Origin: Podarcis filfolensis
Taxonomy: Eukaryota
Direction: 5' to 3' (one strand)
DNA length: 64,000 bases
Assembly: GCA_964270895.1 (NCBI GenBank)
Contig: OZ185439.1
The position numbers and the translations under genes were made by a program. This document shows positions 23,608 through 36,100 of this stretch, in pieces; positions within the stretch are counted from its first letter, which is position 1, and each line of letters starts with the position of its first letter. The notes below the pieces were generated by a model. That model was given only the letters and a program-made list of their open reading frames with translations. It was not told where the DNA came from and did no database searches.

Positions 23608-23967
23608 TACCATACTTTTCCGTCCATAAGATGCCCCCATGTATAAGATGACCCCTATTTTGGGGGACTCAAATTTAAGAAAACAGGGGGAGATGGCACA
23701 GATTTGTTGAGCTTCGTCGCTAAATCCGCCTCCTGTCTGTCCCATTGCCAGCAGAAGCTGCCAATCACCCACCCAACTGCCAGAGTGTCAGCCAATCAAC
23801 GCCACCCATTGACACAGCAACCAATAACACGCACAATAGCCACTGACAGCCTTGGCAGCAACCAATCAAATGTCCACCCTATGCACTACCCATGTCTAAG
23901 ACGACCCCCACTTCTTAGCATGATTTTTAAAGAAAAAAACATAGTCTTATACACAGAAAAGTATGGT
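23608..23967. mobile_element. Tigger-like MITE
   Basis: Inverted ends taccatacttttc / gaaaagtatggt; subterminal ataagatg / ctaagacg repeats. Confidence 0.75.
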
Positions 23968-24234
23968 GAGCATTATGCAGTGGAGATAGCAAACAGCAGG
24001 CTGGAGAGAAGCTCAGAGAGCAAAGTTTGAGATCAATGGTTGGAGTCTCGTTAAGTTCAAGGGTGCTGTGGCTATGGAAGAAGTTAGGGGTGTTAATGCC
24101 ATCCCACTTTCTGATTCCGGAATGTCCTATTTCCCCTTTTTCCTCTCCTTCAGGTCTTGGAGAACAATTAAAAGTAGTGGAGAGATCAGATGCCCCCTGT
24201 CCTTTTCGGAAACAGGAGCCTTTGCTGTGTGTGT

Positions 24235-25139
24235 GTTGTTGTTGTTGTTTAGTCGTTTAGTCGTTTAGTCGTGTCCGACTCTTCGTGACCCCCTGGACCA
24301 GAGTACGCCAGGGACTCCTGTCTTCCACTGCCTCCCGCAGTTTGGTCAGACTCATGCTGGTAGCTTCGACAACACCATCCAACCATCTCGTCCACTGTTG
24401 TCCTCTTCTCCTTGTGCCCTCCATCTTTCCCAACATCAGGGTCTTTTCCAGGGAGTCTTCTCTTCTCATGAGGTGGCCAAAGCCTCAGCTTCACGATCTG
24501 TCCTTCCAGTGGTCGACACAGTCAAAGGCGTTTGCATAGTCAATGAAGCAGAAGTAGATGTCTTTCTGGAACTCTAGCTTTCTCCATAATCCAGCGCATG
24601 TTTGCAATTTGGTCTCTGGTTCCTCTGCCCCTTCGAAATCCAGCTTGCACTTCTGGGAGTTCTCAGTCCACATACTGCTTGAGCCTGCCTTGTAGAATTT
24701 TAAGCATAACCTTGCTGGCGTGTGAAATGAGTGCAATTGTGCGGTAGTTGGAGCATTCTTTGGCACTGCCCTTCTTTGGGATTGGGATGTAGACTGATCT
24801 TCTCCAATCCTCTGGCCACTGCTGAGTTTTCCAAACTTGCTGGCATATTGAGTGTAGCACCTTAACAGCATCATCTTTTAAAATTTTAAATAGTTCAGCT
24901 GGAATACCATCACTTCCACTGGCCTTGTTATTAGCAGTGCTTTCTAAGGCCCATTTGACTTCACTCTCCAGGATGTCTGGCTCAAGGTCAGCAACCCCAC
25001 TACCTGGGGTGTACGAGGCATCCATTTCTTTCTGGTATAATTCCTCTGTGTATTCTTTCCACCTCTTCTTGATGTCTTCTGCTTCTGTTAGGTCCTTACC
25101 ACTTTTGTCCTTTATTATGGTAATCTTTGTACGAAGATT
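24235..25139 (-). mobile_element. BovB (RTE clade) LINE, 5'-truncated with internal deletion
   Basis: ORF KDLTEAEDIKKRWKEYTEELY...KASGSDGIPAELFKIL...NYRTIALISHASKVMLKILQ, then FIDYANAFDCVDH joined directly to the C-terminal FGHLMRREDSLEKTLMLGK; (CAA)n tail; probable TSD tgtgtgtgtgt. Confidence 0.95.
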
Positions 25140-25510
25140 TGTGTGTGTGTAGGTAGGTACAAAAAATGGTATCCTGTTTATACTGGATATAAAATACCTG
25201 CACCAAATGAAGGAAATGGTGAAGCTGGCATACAAGCCTCTTTCCCCAGCTCAGACTGGCAGCAGTCACAGCGTGTAGCCCAAGCTTGACAAGCTTGACA
25301 AACCCAGGCATTTCCTTTTAAACGTAAAAATCCTCCTGGATGGGCATGTTGGCCCCCCAAAAGAGAACATGTCCAGTTTTCCCCGGACATATGGAAACCA
25401 TACCTGAAGCTGTCCACCAACAGTTACCGTCTGGAGATCAGACCCGAGCGCACAGGACACCAAATTCACAGTATTGTATTTCTATTTAAATTATTGTAAT
25501 GATTTCTAAT

Positions 25511-25887
25511 GGGATGCGGGTGGCGCTGTGGTCTAAACCACTGAGTCTCTTGAACTTGCTGATCAGAAGGTTGGTGGTTCAAATCTCCGTGATGGGGTGA
25601 GCTCCTGTTGCTTGGTCCCAGCTCCTGCCAACCTAGCAGTTCGAAAGCACACCAGTGCAAGTAGATAAATAGGTACCACTCCAGTGGAAAGGTAGACAGC
25701 GTTTCCATGTGCTGCTCTGGTTTCGATGTTCAGTTGCACCAGAAGTGGCTTAATCATGCTGGCCACATGACCCAGAAAAACTGTCTGCGGACAAATGCCA
25801 GCTCTCTCAGCCTGTAAAGCGAGATGAGCGCCATAACCCCAGAGTTGTCTGTGACTGGACTTAACTGTCAGGGGTCCTTTACCTTTT
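25511..25887 (+). mobile_element. Sauria SINE, full length
   Basis: 13-bp TSD taatgatttctaa at 25497-25509 and 25888-25900. Confidence 0.95.
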
Positions 25888-28042
25888 TAATGATTTCTAA
25901 GGGCAGGATTCAACTAGGTTGTTGCAAGCATGGAGCAGGGTCCACTTGTGTGACAGGGCTTCCCTCTCCTCCCACTGCATGCTCTGAACTTGCTTTGTAA
26001 GGTTGGAGTAACCCCCAGAACAGGTTTAGGGGAGCAGAAAGGAGGAAAAAGTCCAGTTGTGCACCTAGTTCTCTGTGTGTATACCTACTTAATTCCACCT
26101 ATCATTTGCACATATAAACCAGCATGTGCAAATGTTATGCCAACCTCCCTTATCTTCTTTTTGGTGCTCCATTTTCACTTTTTGGGTGATGTGTGAGTGA
26201 CCACCCTACCAGATTTGAGTACCAGATTTGAGTAGGCCCTCAGCAATCTGTCATTGGACCCCCTAGTGCTTCGCTGGTTAGCCCAGAGGGCAGAGGGGAT
26301 GGGCAGCAATGGGCAATAGAGGGAAAGGAGCAAACACAGAAACCAGTGCAGCTCCAATGACCTGGCACTTCTCTTTACCGCCTGGACTGAGGAAGTACCA
26401 GGTGAGGCAGCTGCCACCATCTTCATTATCCACATTTGGGGTAGGGCCCACAGGTAATGGAAACTGTGAAAGCTACAGCTGCATGGCTCAGCAATTCTTT
26501 TCACAGTCTCAGTCTATAAAAAAAGATATGTAAACATTTGTTTTTTAAAGGGCAGCTGTCATCAGCTGTGGTAAGTGGTGCCCTTTGTATCCCACCAAGC
26601 TGGATGCTGATGCCAGGCTTGGGGGAGCAGTTGCTGAAGCCAAATAGGTGACCAAGTAAGATTTTCATTGGTTAAAAAGAAGCTGTGGGTTCCTTAGTGT
26701 ACCACCTATGAGCAGCAGCAGAACAGAAATTGCTGGGGAAAACTATGCAAATTTGCTCTATTTTCATCCTTTTATACAGGTAACAAAATCCTGCTTTTCC
26801 TGGGACAGAATTTGGATTGCCTGGACACAGAATCTCTCTCTAACTCAGAAACTAATTTGGATCTCATATTTCTTCCCCAAATGTACCTGTATCTTTCCAC
26901 AGCTCCCTTAAGTTGAAGTGTCTTTTTGTGTATGTTGATTCACTTTTATTGGGCTCCAGTAGAATTATTGGTCTATAAACCACATGGGCTTCAGTTTACC
27001 TGGGTGTGGATTGGGTTTGCCTGTTCCATTTCCCACAAGTTTTTTTTACATATAAAATATTATTAATCATAAATAAATTGCCCAGGAGCACACGTATATT
27101 GCGTATGTGGGCGTGAGAGTTATTTCCATCTTTCGCTGCCCCTTGGTGAGAAAATGAGTGGGTGGATGATGTGGGAATCTCTCAGACAGCATCACACTCT
27201 ATATTTTGCGCTCAGAATACATATTTCTACTTTCTAGTGCAGATGAACAAAAGGGCGAAAGGAAAGAGTTTCAGTTTCCAAACAGTATTTACATTCTAGA
27301 ATGGTCTGAAAAATCTTTGTGGGTTTTATTTCCTGCATAGAAGGGTTTCCTTCATGCAGATTATTATGTGTGCCTTGATGCATTTTTTGTTAAGTCGCTG
27401 CTTTGTGTCACAAGACCGGTCCAGACAGAATTTCATTTGGAACAATTTCATTTCCTTTGGTATGATGAGGGCTGCTTAATATGTAGCATTTATAACGACA
27501 TTTGCGAATGTCTGTATCTCTGAATGATGTGATCCTTTCAGCAGCCTTTTAATGCAGATGACGTTTATTATTCCCCATACTGTAGTTATGGCAAGGTCAT
27601 GGAGAAAGGGAGATTCCAGTGGAGGACTTGCTAATACACACCTTTGTCTGCTAGCCACGATACTACATCAGATCCTTACTTCACATATTGTGAATTTCCT
27701 TCAAAGTAACAGCTCGTAGATCACTACATCTGACGACTTTGCTTGCATCTGTTTCAGTTCCTGTTCACAAAAGTGAATGCAGGGCCATTCCATAAATGTA
27801 ATTTTGGTATCAGAGTTTTGGACTTTCTCTGTTTGGGGGGAAAGAGTCAGATTTTTCCTGGCTTTAGCTTCAAGTTGAGGCTGTGTTGTAGACATTACAG
27901 CAGCTGCACCGAAGTTGCTTTTTCATGGGTTCATCACATGAGTGCCTGCTATCCAGTTGCTGCACCACTCCTCACACAGACAACTGTGTAGTAAGGCCCG
28001 ACCCAAGTGGTGTTGGGTGTAAAAACTTGACAGCAGTGTCAT

Positions 28043-28153
28043 TATAGAATAATAGAATTGTAGAGTTAAAAAGGACCCCAAAAGTCATCTAGTCCAACTT
28101 CCTGCAATGTAGGAATCTTAGCTGAAGCATGCATGACAGATGCCCATCCAACC
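28043..28153 (-). mobile_element. CR1 3' tail fragment
   Basis: tagaataatagaattgtagagtt...gtcatctagtccaac...gacagatgcccatccaacc. Confidence 0.75.
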
Positions 28154-29582
28154 AGATTTTCTGCATAGTTAGGTGAAACTGACATGGAAGACTTCTGCAG
28201 ACACTACTTATGGCTCACTTGCTATGTTGCAGTGTCTCTTCTCAGAAGAGGAAGTAATATCAGAAGAGACCCCCGCCCAGGGAAGTTCTCAGACTATAGC
28301 ACAACCTGATTCCACATCAAGTGAATTGTAAGGCAAAATTGTAGAGTCCTGCTTAGGCACAGCCAGCACAGAGCTGAACGAGGGAGGGTGGAGAAGGGTT
28401 AATTGAGGCTGTTCCTGAAGGTGTATGTCTTGCCTCCCTCAGGTAACAGAAGCTCCATGTCTGCCTGAGGCATGATCCTGAGGCACAAGGCAAATGGCAC
28501 TTGTCCTGTGGTGTCTTTCTCTGTGAACGGAGTGAGTGACCACCAAGATCCACAGATTCAACAAGAGGAGAGGAACAACAGAATTGAAATGTTTTGCAGA
28601 TGTTGCCTATCATGAAGCCTGAGACTGTAAACGAGATCCCATCAAAATCAGGAAAGTGCCACAGGAGGACTTTTCACATCTCCAATTGCTGTAGAAAACC
28701 GTCTAATGACAACAACAAATTCAAAAAGTTGAATTTGGAGGGCAAAACGGCAAAAAGAACTTGTGGGTTTTTAAAATTACATGCTCTGCCATTCTGCCCA
28801 TTCCTAACGTATATTTCCCTGTTGCTTAGTGGCTTACAATCTCCTGAAATTTAATCAAACCTCAGTAGGAGCTCTGTTCACCCCTGCTAATCAGACTAGG
28901 CTGTGTGTAATTAAATATCATTCCCTACTATTCTAGGTGACTCAAAGGCAACTTTGTCATTGCGCCTGAAGTCTTCTGAGAGGCAGTCATGTTTGTTTAT
29001 GCTTTCAGGGAAAAGATGCAGGTTCAGAGATATGAGCCCGATCACACTGTGTGAAAATTAAATCCAAACCTCCCCAATTAGAACACTTGAACCACTGGGA
29101 ATCATCTATTGTTAGAGATTCCTATTAACAGTTCTCACCCTACAAACTCCTTCCTGCAAGGAGCAGGCTGTCTTGATTTGCACTGAAATACCCTTTGATG
29201 AATGTTTCACCTCCAGGGGAACTTCAGTTCTTTCACCTTTTCTCCCCTCAAGCGGCTTGCTGGCAGATTTGCAGGGCAATGCCCTGTATCCTCAGCTGCT
29301 GCAGACAAAGGATCAGGGAGGCATCCCAAAGCTCCATGAATCTGGGGGGAAAGGATGACTGCAGATGAAAACACATGCCATGCTATGCTGCCAGAATGCC
29401 AAAGGTGGAAGGAGCACTGTATGTATATCTGCATCTATTGTACCTGTTCCCTTCCATTAAGCCGCTTTTGCCGCCTTTGCACATACCTTAAACTGAACTA
29501 GGGAAATACAATACCTCTTTTCAGAAGGCTGAGCCATCATAAGCAGAAGCTGTTGCAGGTGGCTGTTGACTAGCATTCATAG

Positions 29583-29937
29583 GTAAAGGTAAAGGGACCC
29601 CTGACCATTAGGTCCAGTCATGACCGACTGGGGTTGTGGCGCTCATCTCGCTTTATTGGCCGAGGGAGCCGGCGTAAAGCTTCCGGGTCATGTGGCCAGC
29701 ATGACTAAGCCGCTTCTGGCGAACCAGAGCAGCGCACAGAAACACCATTTACCTTCCCGCTGGAGCGGTACCTATTTATCTACTTGCACTTTAATGTGCT
29801 TTCAAACTGCTAGGTTAGCAGGAGCAGGGACTGAGCAATGGGAGCTCACCCCGTTGTGGGGATTCAAACCACCGACCTTCTGATCGGTAAGCCCTAAGCT
29901 CTGTGGTTTAATCCACAGCGCCACCTGCGTCCCTTAC
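29583..29937 (-). mobile_element. Sauria SINE, full length
   Basis: 13-bp TSD ctagcattcatag at 29570-29582 and 29938-29950. Confidence 0.95.
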
Positions 29938-29944
29938 CTAGCAT

Positions 29945-30077
29945 TCATAGAATCATAGAATTGTAGAGTTGGAAGGCACCATGAGGGTCATCTAGTCCAA
30001 CCCCCTGCAAAGCAGGAACTTGAACCCATGACCCTGATATTGAGACTCTCATGCTCTACCAACTGAGCTATCCCACG
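29945..30077 (-). mobile_element. tRNA-Lys-headed SINE with CR1 3' tail
   Basis: Reverse strand gatagctcagttggtagagcatgagagtctcaatatcagggtcatgggttcaag fused to CR1 end ggttggactagatgaccc...ttccaactctacaattctatgattctatg. Confidence 0.8.
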
Positions 30078-30196
30078 ACTGAATACTGGAGCAGCTCCTC
30101 ATCCCTGAAACACTCCTGCTTTTACAAGTTAAAAGCAAAACAAACATATCCCTGTTTATGAAGGGTGAACGTGTATTCAATTACTATGCTACACAT

Positions 30197-30539
30197 AGGT
30201 ACGGGGGAGGAAGTCAGTTCTGTTTGCATTTTAATGTTGATTTACCTAATTTATGCTTCTTGAAACAGTATGCTAACTGAAACACAGCTCTCCTTGGGAA
30301 TTCACACCTTTCTGAATTCAGTGGTGCAGTTTTCCTAGCAATAAAATGTGTATACTTTTTGGGTGTGTGTACAAAAATGTATTCTATCAGAGAAAATTGC
30401 TTGCAAAAATGTGTACGCTAGGGGAAATGTGCATTAAAATCCTTACAAAATTTCATGAGGACTTTTTAATTTTAAAATGTAGCACACTGAAGATTTGGTG
30501 GGGGAGAAAGAAGAGAGGAATGAGAAGTGTCCATCGCTA
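30197..30539. mobile_element. Degraded non-autonomous DNA element with caaaaatg-type internal repeats
   Basis: Ends taggtacgg / ccatcgcta; related fragments near 35090-35170, 35870-36100 and 63760-63880. Confidence 0.55.
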
Positions 30540-32018
30540 GTTAGAATTCCAGGCTTTCCATCTGCATTGAGACTCTGTTTCTGTGGAAGGAGGTCACTGG
30601 AGGTTTACTGGTGTTATTCTGCTGTTTGGTTGTATTTACACATATACATTGTGTTGAGAATAAGTGAAGATTTTTAATTTAGTCTTCCATTCACTGCTCC
30701 CCATCGAATTTCTAGGGGGCCAGCAGGACAATAGGATTTTTGCAAAGAGCAAGTTTGTGTGTCTCTTCCAGTCCAAGACTAAACTCATCCTAAACACGCA
30801 CATGGCTTTTTCTCAAGCAGCTGCATGGCATCATTCCCCACAGAAGCTGGTGGAAGCAAGACATGCTCCTTTCAGAAAGAGACTTTGGCCATTTTATTAG
30901 TTATGGGGAGATTGGCCATTGAGCCCCACTAGAGCCAATGAACCTGACCAAAGGACAGTGACCAGGCTAAACTTGTCCACCCAGTTTGACTCTCTCTAGC
31001 AGTCTCTTTTTTACATCCAGGTTTGAGAATCCTTGAGAGATCACACAGACCAACCTTTCATCCCATTGCAGCTGCCATGCAGCATCGGTGGAGAGGCTTC
31101 TGAAGACTTTTCAGAAATGTCAGCTGGTTCAAATCCAACTCAGTCCTCTGCTTAGTCACTGTCTAACCTAACCCACAGGGATGTTGTGAAGATACAACGG
31201 GGAGGGGGAGGCCAATGCACACCACCTGGGAGGAAAGGTGAGATATAAATGAACAGAATAACTGCACTTTCCATTTATTTTTTAAAGAGCATCTATAACA
31301 AACCTCCTTCTGCATAGAAGTTGGTGTCTTGTTCTTCACATTGTCATGAAATATTGAAAGCATAATTTTGTGACAAAATCAATAATAGAAAAATCAAATG
31401 TTGCATTATTAATACTGTTCTTCCACCCATTTTAGAACTTTTCAGCTCAAAAGACTGCAAAGTGTTTTATGAACTGAAACCCCTGATCTTCCTGTCTCTG
31501 GCGTTCCAAGGGGGTCTGGAAGACTCAAGTGTTTTGTGTAGTAGCTTTCCTGCCTTTCAGAAGAATCAGATAAAAACTTCTAGTCCATGAGGCCTATGGC
31601 TCCCTTCTCAAATTCTTCCATCTATCTTCACATTAAATCAGATTAACTATAGGGCATAACTAAGCATCTGCCAAGCCATGCCATTTCCATCGCTTTGCCA
31701 GAACTCCCCATGGCTCAGTTTCAAATTAGATTCAGCCATCCCAACAACTTCCCCACAGAGCCAGTTCATATGTCACCTGGAGTCATGTGGGCTGTGCCAT
31801 CTTGCAATTGCTCCCATGCTGCTCTAGGGCGCAGCCAGTAGGGGCCTGGGTGGTGGGGCAGAGTTGTTCTCCTTCAGGGGTTTCCCCTGCAGCCAAACTA
31901 GTTTGGCTCCTAGTTGCTAGAATGTGAACATTTAATTTCGGAGTGCAGTGTTGTATCCATAGGCCCCAAACAATTCAAACGTAAGAGAATAATGGACCTC
32001 ACACCTCAAGGAACTCTT

Positions 32019-32022
<4 letters not shown>

Positions 32023-32103
<81 letters not shown>
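32023..32103. repeat. Compound (GT)n(GA)n microsatellite
   Basis: Directly visible. Confidence 0.98.
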
Positions 32104-32107
<4 letters not shown>

Positions 32108-33060
32108 CTACTAATGTGCACCATTAACAGGGGGAATCAACATTCATGGTGTTATGCCTTGGCTTGGTTTTTAGTATATTGCAAACTGCCTTTTCTGCTA
32201 TAAAAGGTCAAATGATGGTAAAATAATAATATAACTCCTTTTTATCTCTTTATATGCCTTGTTATTGATTTGGCCTAATAAAGACATGACTTTATCCTCT
32301 GTGTTTTGCATCAGAACAATGGGAAATCAATGTTTGATCTCGTCTATAATGCATAGAAGTTTTATCTCTTTTTGCATCTTGGACTTTTACTAGTTTCCCT
32401 TCAAATGTGGGATATAAAAAAAGAAGATGAAAATTTACCTCAATAGTGACTTTTTTCTCTAGTGAATATTTTAAAATTTTTATTTTCCTTGTTTGGTTGT
32501 TTCCTTCTTCTTCTTCCCCTCCCCCCTCCTCCTCTTCACAAAGATACCAACAACAGGAGTGCCATGAAAATTCATTGCCACAGTGCCAGTTTGATGCTGC
32601 AGACTATTTCAGAATGCCTCATGAAATTACAATGTGACTCATATTTAGTACTCTTTCCTTGGCCTAGTTTTCCTGAGGTAGTGAACTACAAATGGGGGTG
32701 CACCTCACCAAAGAAAACTCTATTGCAAGCCCCCTCAAAACTACATAGGAAAAAATACAGATCAGGTAGAAGCATCTAGACGATTTCTCTAGGATTTCTC
32801 TACTTTAAATTTAGAAGAACATTCTGTCATGTACCCTCCCCCAATACTCTCCTACGTTGTATATAGCCCAGGCACAGGTCTACCATCTCAGTGAGAAATA
32901 GGTATTGGTTAAACTCTAGCCAAGTGGTAAAGATGGAAATAAGACCGTCTGGATGTGTGACTGCTCTTTTAATGGCCCCATACCTATCCTTTCACACTGT
33001 GGATGATTAAAACAGAAGGAAAAGGGGTGGTTGAGGTTTTCAGAAACTGTTTGCAGAGGA

Positions 33061-33245
33061 AGAGCCATAGATCACTGGTAAAGTGCATACTTTGCATGCA
33101 GAAGATCTCAGGATTAATCCTTAGCAACTTAAGTTGAGGGTTTTTCTTTCTGTTTTGTAAGAATGAAGGTAGGAGAAAGATCTCTGCCTGAAGCTTTGTA
33201 GAACTTCTGCCAGTAATGATATAAGAGACCAATGGCTTTATATGT
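33061..33245 (+). mobile_element. Old tRNA-derived SINE (tRNA-Ala-like head)
   Basis: gccatagatcactggtaaagtgcatactttgcatgcagaag...; heavily diverged. Confidence 0.5.
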
Positions 33246-33367
33246 GATGCACGCCCACCACTTTAACACTAAATCATGGGGCACACGGGAATGTGCCATA
33301 ACAGACAGAACTCTCATTGGTGCAAGGGCAGAACATCATTTGCTTTTTTAAAATAAGAAAGTATATA

Positions 33368-33968
33368 CCGTATTTTTCGCCCTATAGGACGGACTTTTTC
33401 CCCTCCAAAAATGAAGGGGAAATGTGTGTGCGTCCTATGGGGCGAATACAGGCTTTCGCTGAAGCCTGGAGAGCGAGAGGGGTCGGTGCGCACCGACCCC
33501 TCTCGCTCTCCAGGCTTCAGGAAACTCTGCGCAACCCTAGGGAGCCTGGCGCAAAGCCGCGCCGGGCTCCCGAGGGTTGCGCGGAGCTGCCTGCACTCCG
33601 GGGCTTCGCACCGGGCTCCCGAGGGTTGCGCGGAGCTGCCGGCACTCCCGGGCTTGGCGCAGCTCCGCGCAACCCTCCGGAGCCCGGTGCGGCTTCGCGC
33701 CGGGCTCCCAAAGTTTGCGCAGAGCTGCCTGCATTCCGAAGCCTGGGGCGCGCTGAAGTGCGTGCCTGGGCTTCGCGCAGCTCTCCGCAAGCCTGGGGAG
33801 ACCAGTGCGGCTCCCTAGGCTTGCGGATAGCAGGCTGTTCTCGGGGCTGGGGTCGGGGGAAGCTCGGGCCTCCCCCGCGCCAGCCCCGTGCCTGGGGGGG
33901 AAATAATTTTTTTTCTTTATTCCCCCCCCCCCAAAAAATAGGTGCGTCCTATGGGGCGAAAAATACGG
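33368..33968. mobile_element. Tigger-like MITE with internal palindrome and GC-rich minisatellite
   Basis: TIRs ccgtatttttcgccc(t)ataggacg / cgtcctatggggcgaaaaatacgg flanked by TA on both sides. Confidence 0.92.
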
Positions 33969-34093
33969 TAGATCTCTAACATATAATTTTGATTAACATG
34001 ATTACTGAACCAATGCATGAACTGAAGCAGGGCTATTATTCAAAATGTGCACGTCTCTGAATCTTGTGATATTGTTCTCCAATCAATATATGC

Positions 34094-35043
34094 TCAACAC
34101 CCAAAAAACCAAAGTGCTGCACCAACAAGTACAAAATAACCCCTCTGCAGCGACACAAATCCAACTCAATGGTGTAACGTTGGAAAATGTCGATCACTTC
34201 TCCTACCTAGGCAGTTATCTTTCCACAAGGATCAACATTGATGCCGAAATCCAGCATCGCCTGAGCTCTGTGAGTGTGGCTTTCTCTCGATTGAAGTGCA
34301 GTGTTTGAGGACCAGGACATTCGCAGGGAAACCAAAATGCTTGTTTACAAAGCTATTGCACTACCAACCTTACTGTATGCTTGTGAAACATGGACCGCTT
34401 ACAAATGCCATCTCCAACTTCTCAAAAGATTCCATCAGTGGTGTCTCCGAAAAATCTTACACATCACTTGGGAAGACAGGCAAACTAATATCAGTGTACT
34501 GGATGAAGCAAAGATCACCAGTGTTGAAGCAATGATTCTTCAACATCAACTTCGTTGGACTGGTCATGTTGTGCAGATGCCTGATGATCGTCTTGCAAAG
34601 CAATTACTCTATTCTGAACTTAAAAATGGAAAGCGTAATGCTGGTGGTCAACAAAAGAGGTTTAAAAACTGTCTCAAGGCAAATCTAAAAAAAAGTAGTA
34701 TAAACACCAACAACTGGAAAACACTGGCCTGTGAGGGCTCCCCTTGGAGAACAGCCTTTACCAAAGGTGTCATGGGCTTTGAAGACACTCGAACTCAGAA
34801 CTGTTGTAAACAAAATCTGCCCTGAACGCAAGGGAGAAACGTGCTAAGAGGAAGGCACACTTGGCAAATCCACACCATGATCAACTCCCACCCGGGAACC
34901 AATGTCCCCACTGTGGAAGGACGTGTGCGTCCAGAAATGGCCTCCATAGTCACTTACGGACTCATTGTTAAAACTGTGTTTATGGAAGACACTCTTACTT
35001 GGCTACGAGTGATCGCCAAAGAAGAAGAAGAAGAAGAAAGAAG
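34094..35043 (+). mobile_element. RTE-clade LINE (non-BovB), 5'-truncated
   Basis: Frameshifted ORF LNTQKTKVL...LENVDHFSYLGSYLS / TKMLVYKAIALPTLLYACETW...QLRWTGHVVQMPDDRLAKQLLYSEL...GGQQKRFK; (GAA)n tail; possible TSD atatgc. Confidence 0.92.
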
Positions 35044-36100
35044 ATATGCATACTGAGAAACCTATATTAGATCCTAATGATAAGGCAACAGTAGACACAA
35101 ATATATGTATGTTAGTGGAAACAATGTTTAAAAGTGCATGATATCAGGGGAAATGCATATATATTAGGAGAAGAACACCTTTAATCTGTGACATGCTCTC
35201 TTTAGAGAGAAGCAGCCTGACCTTGTGAAAAGACGCCTCTGAAGCCTCCTTCTGCTTGAGCTCTGCAGGAATACAGCTCCTTGAGGGGTCCATACACAGT
35301 TCATTAACCAAGGTTTGTTTGCTTGGTTTTTTTTATTGACTGGCTAAATCCATAAGAAAACACCCAGTGGATAAAAAGTCTGACATTTAAGCAGCTGGTG
35401 TTCCTGTTGTGTTTGGAATATAAGTTCATTAGCATGCAATTGCTTTGTCTGTTACTAAAATGCCATAGAATAAAATGCCATGGAATTCTTTTTCCGTTTT
35501 TTCTCCTTTGACATATATTGTACTACAATTCCTGCTTCATTTGTTGCATTCTACACAACTGGTGGTTTGCACACACACACCCGACACCCAAAACAAATAC
35601 AGGTTGTCACAGCAAAGCTGTATTGAGTATCAACTATAAAAAGCTTGCTAAGGATTTCAGGCATTTGTGGAAACATTCCAGTGGCGGTAAAACGGCTATG
35701 CTAGCTGGTCAAATAGAGTACAGGCAATTTTGCATGGCTCATAAGAAAGTACAGCAAACTCATGGCAAATAGGTTGCCAGCCCAGCTGGCCATTGCTTGA
35801 CTGATCTGACCACTAAAAACTGTTAAGTAGCAGGTATTAGAGCTTGATATTCCAGTAAACTATGTCTTCTGACAAGGGAAGAACCCATTTGTTTATTTCA
35901 GTTTTTCATTTTTTCAACCCATACTGAAAAACATGCAAAAAAGTGTAATTTCCCTAATAAAATGCAATTTCATAACTTGTTTTCATTGACATCTGCATTT
36001 TTAAGCATAGTTTTCCCCAGTATACCAATTTTTGTACACATTGTTTGGTTGGAGAACTGCATCACAAAATTTGAACAAATACAAATTTCTAAGGATACCT

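Noticed and set aside
26209-26236. 13-bp tandem duplication taccagatttgag
   Set aside because: An ordinary local slippage duplication with nothing between the copies.
27735-27780. Resemblance to the miR-153 3' end (cacaaaagtga)
   Set aside because: Seed region does not match and there is no hairpin.
31517-31545. Resemblance to miR-7 (tggaagact...)
   Set aside because: Only the first 9 nt match and no precursor hairpin is evident.
33521-33800. Short spaced repeats superficially like a CRISPR array
   Set aside because: Eukaryotic context, units in both orientations, no unique constant-length spacers and no cas genes.
33314-33979. ORFs of 135-220 aa with repeated APEGCAELP-like peptides
   Set aside because: Translation of the minisatellite inside the Tigger-like MITE; open in several frames on both strands.
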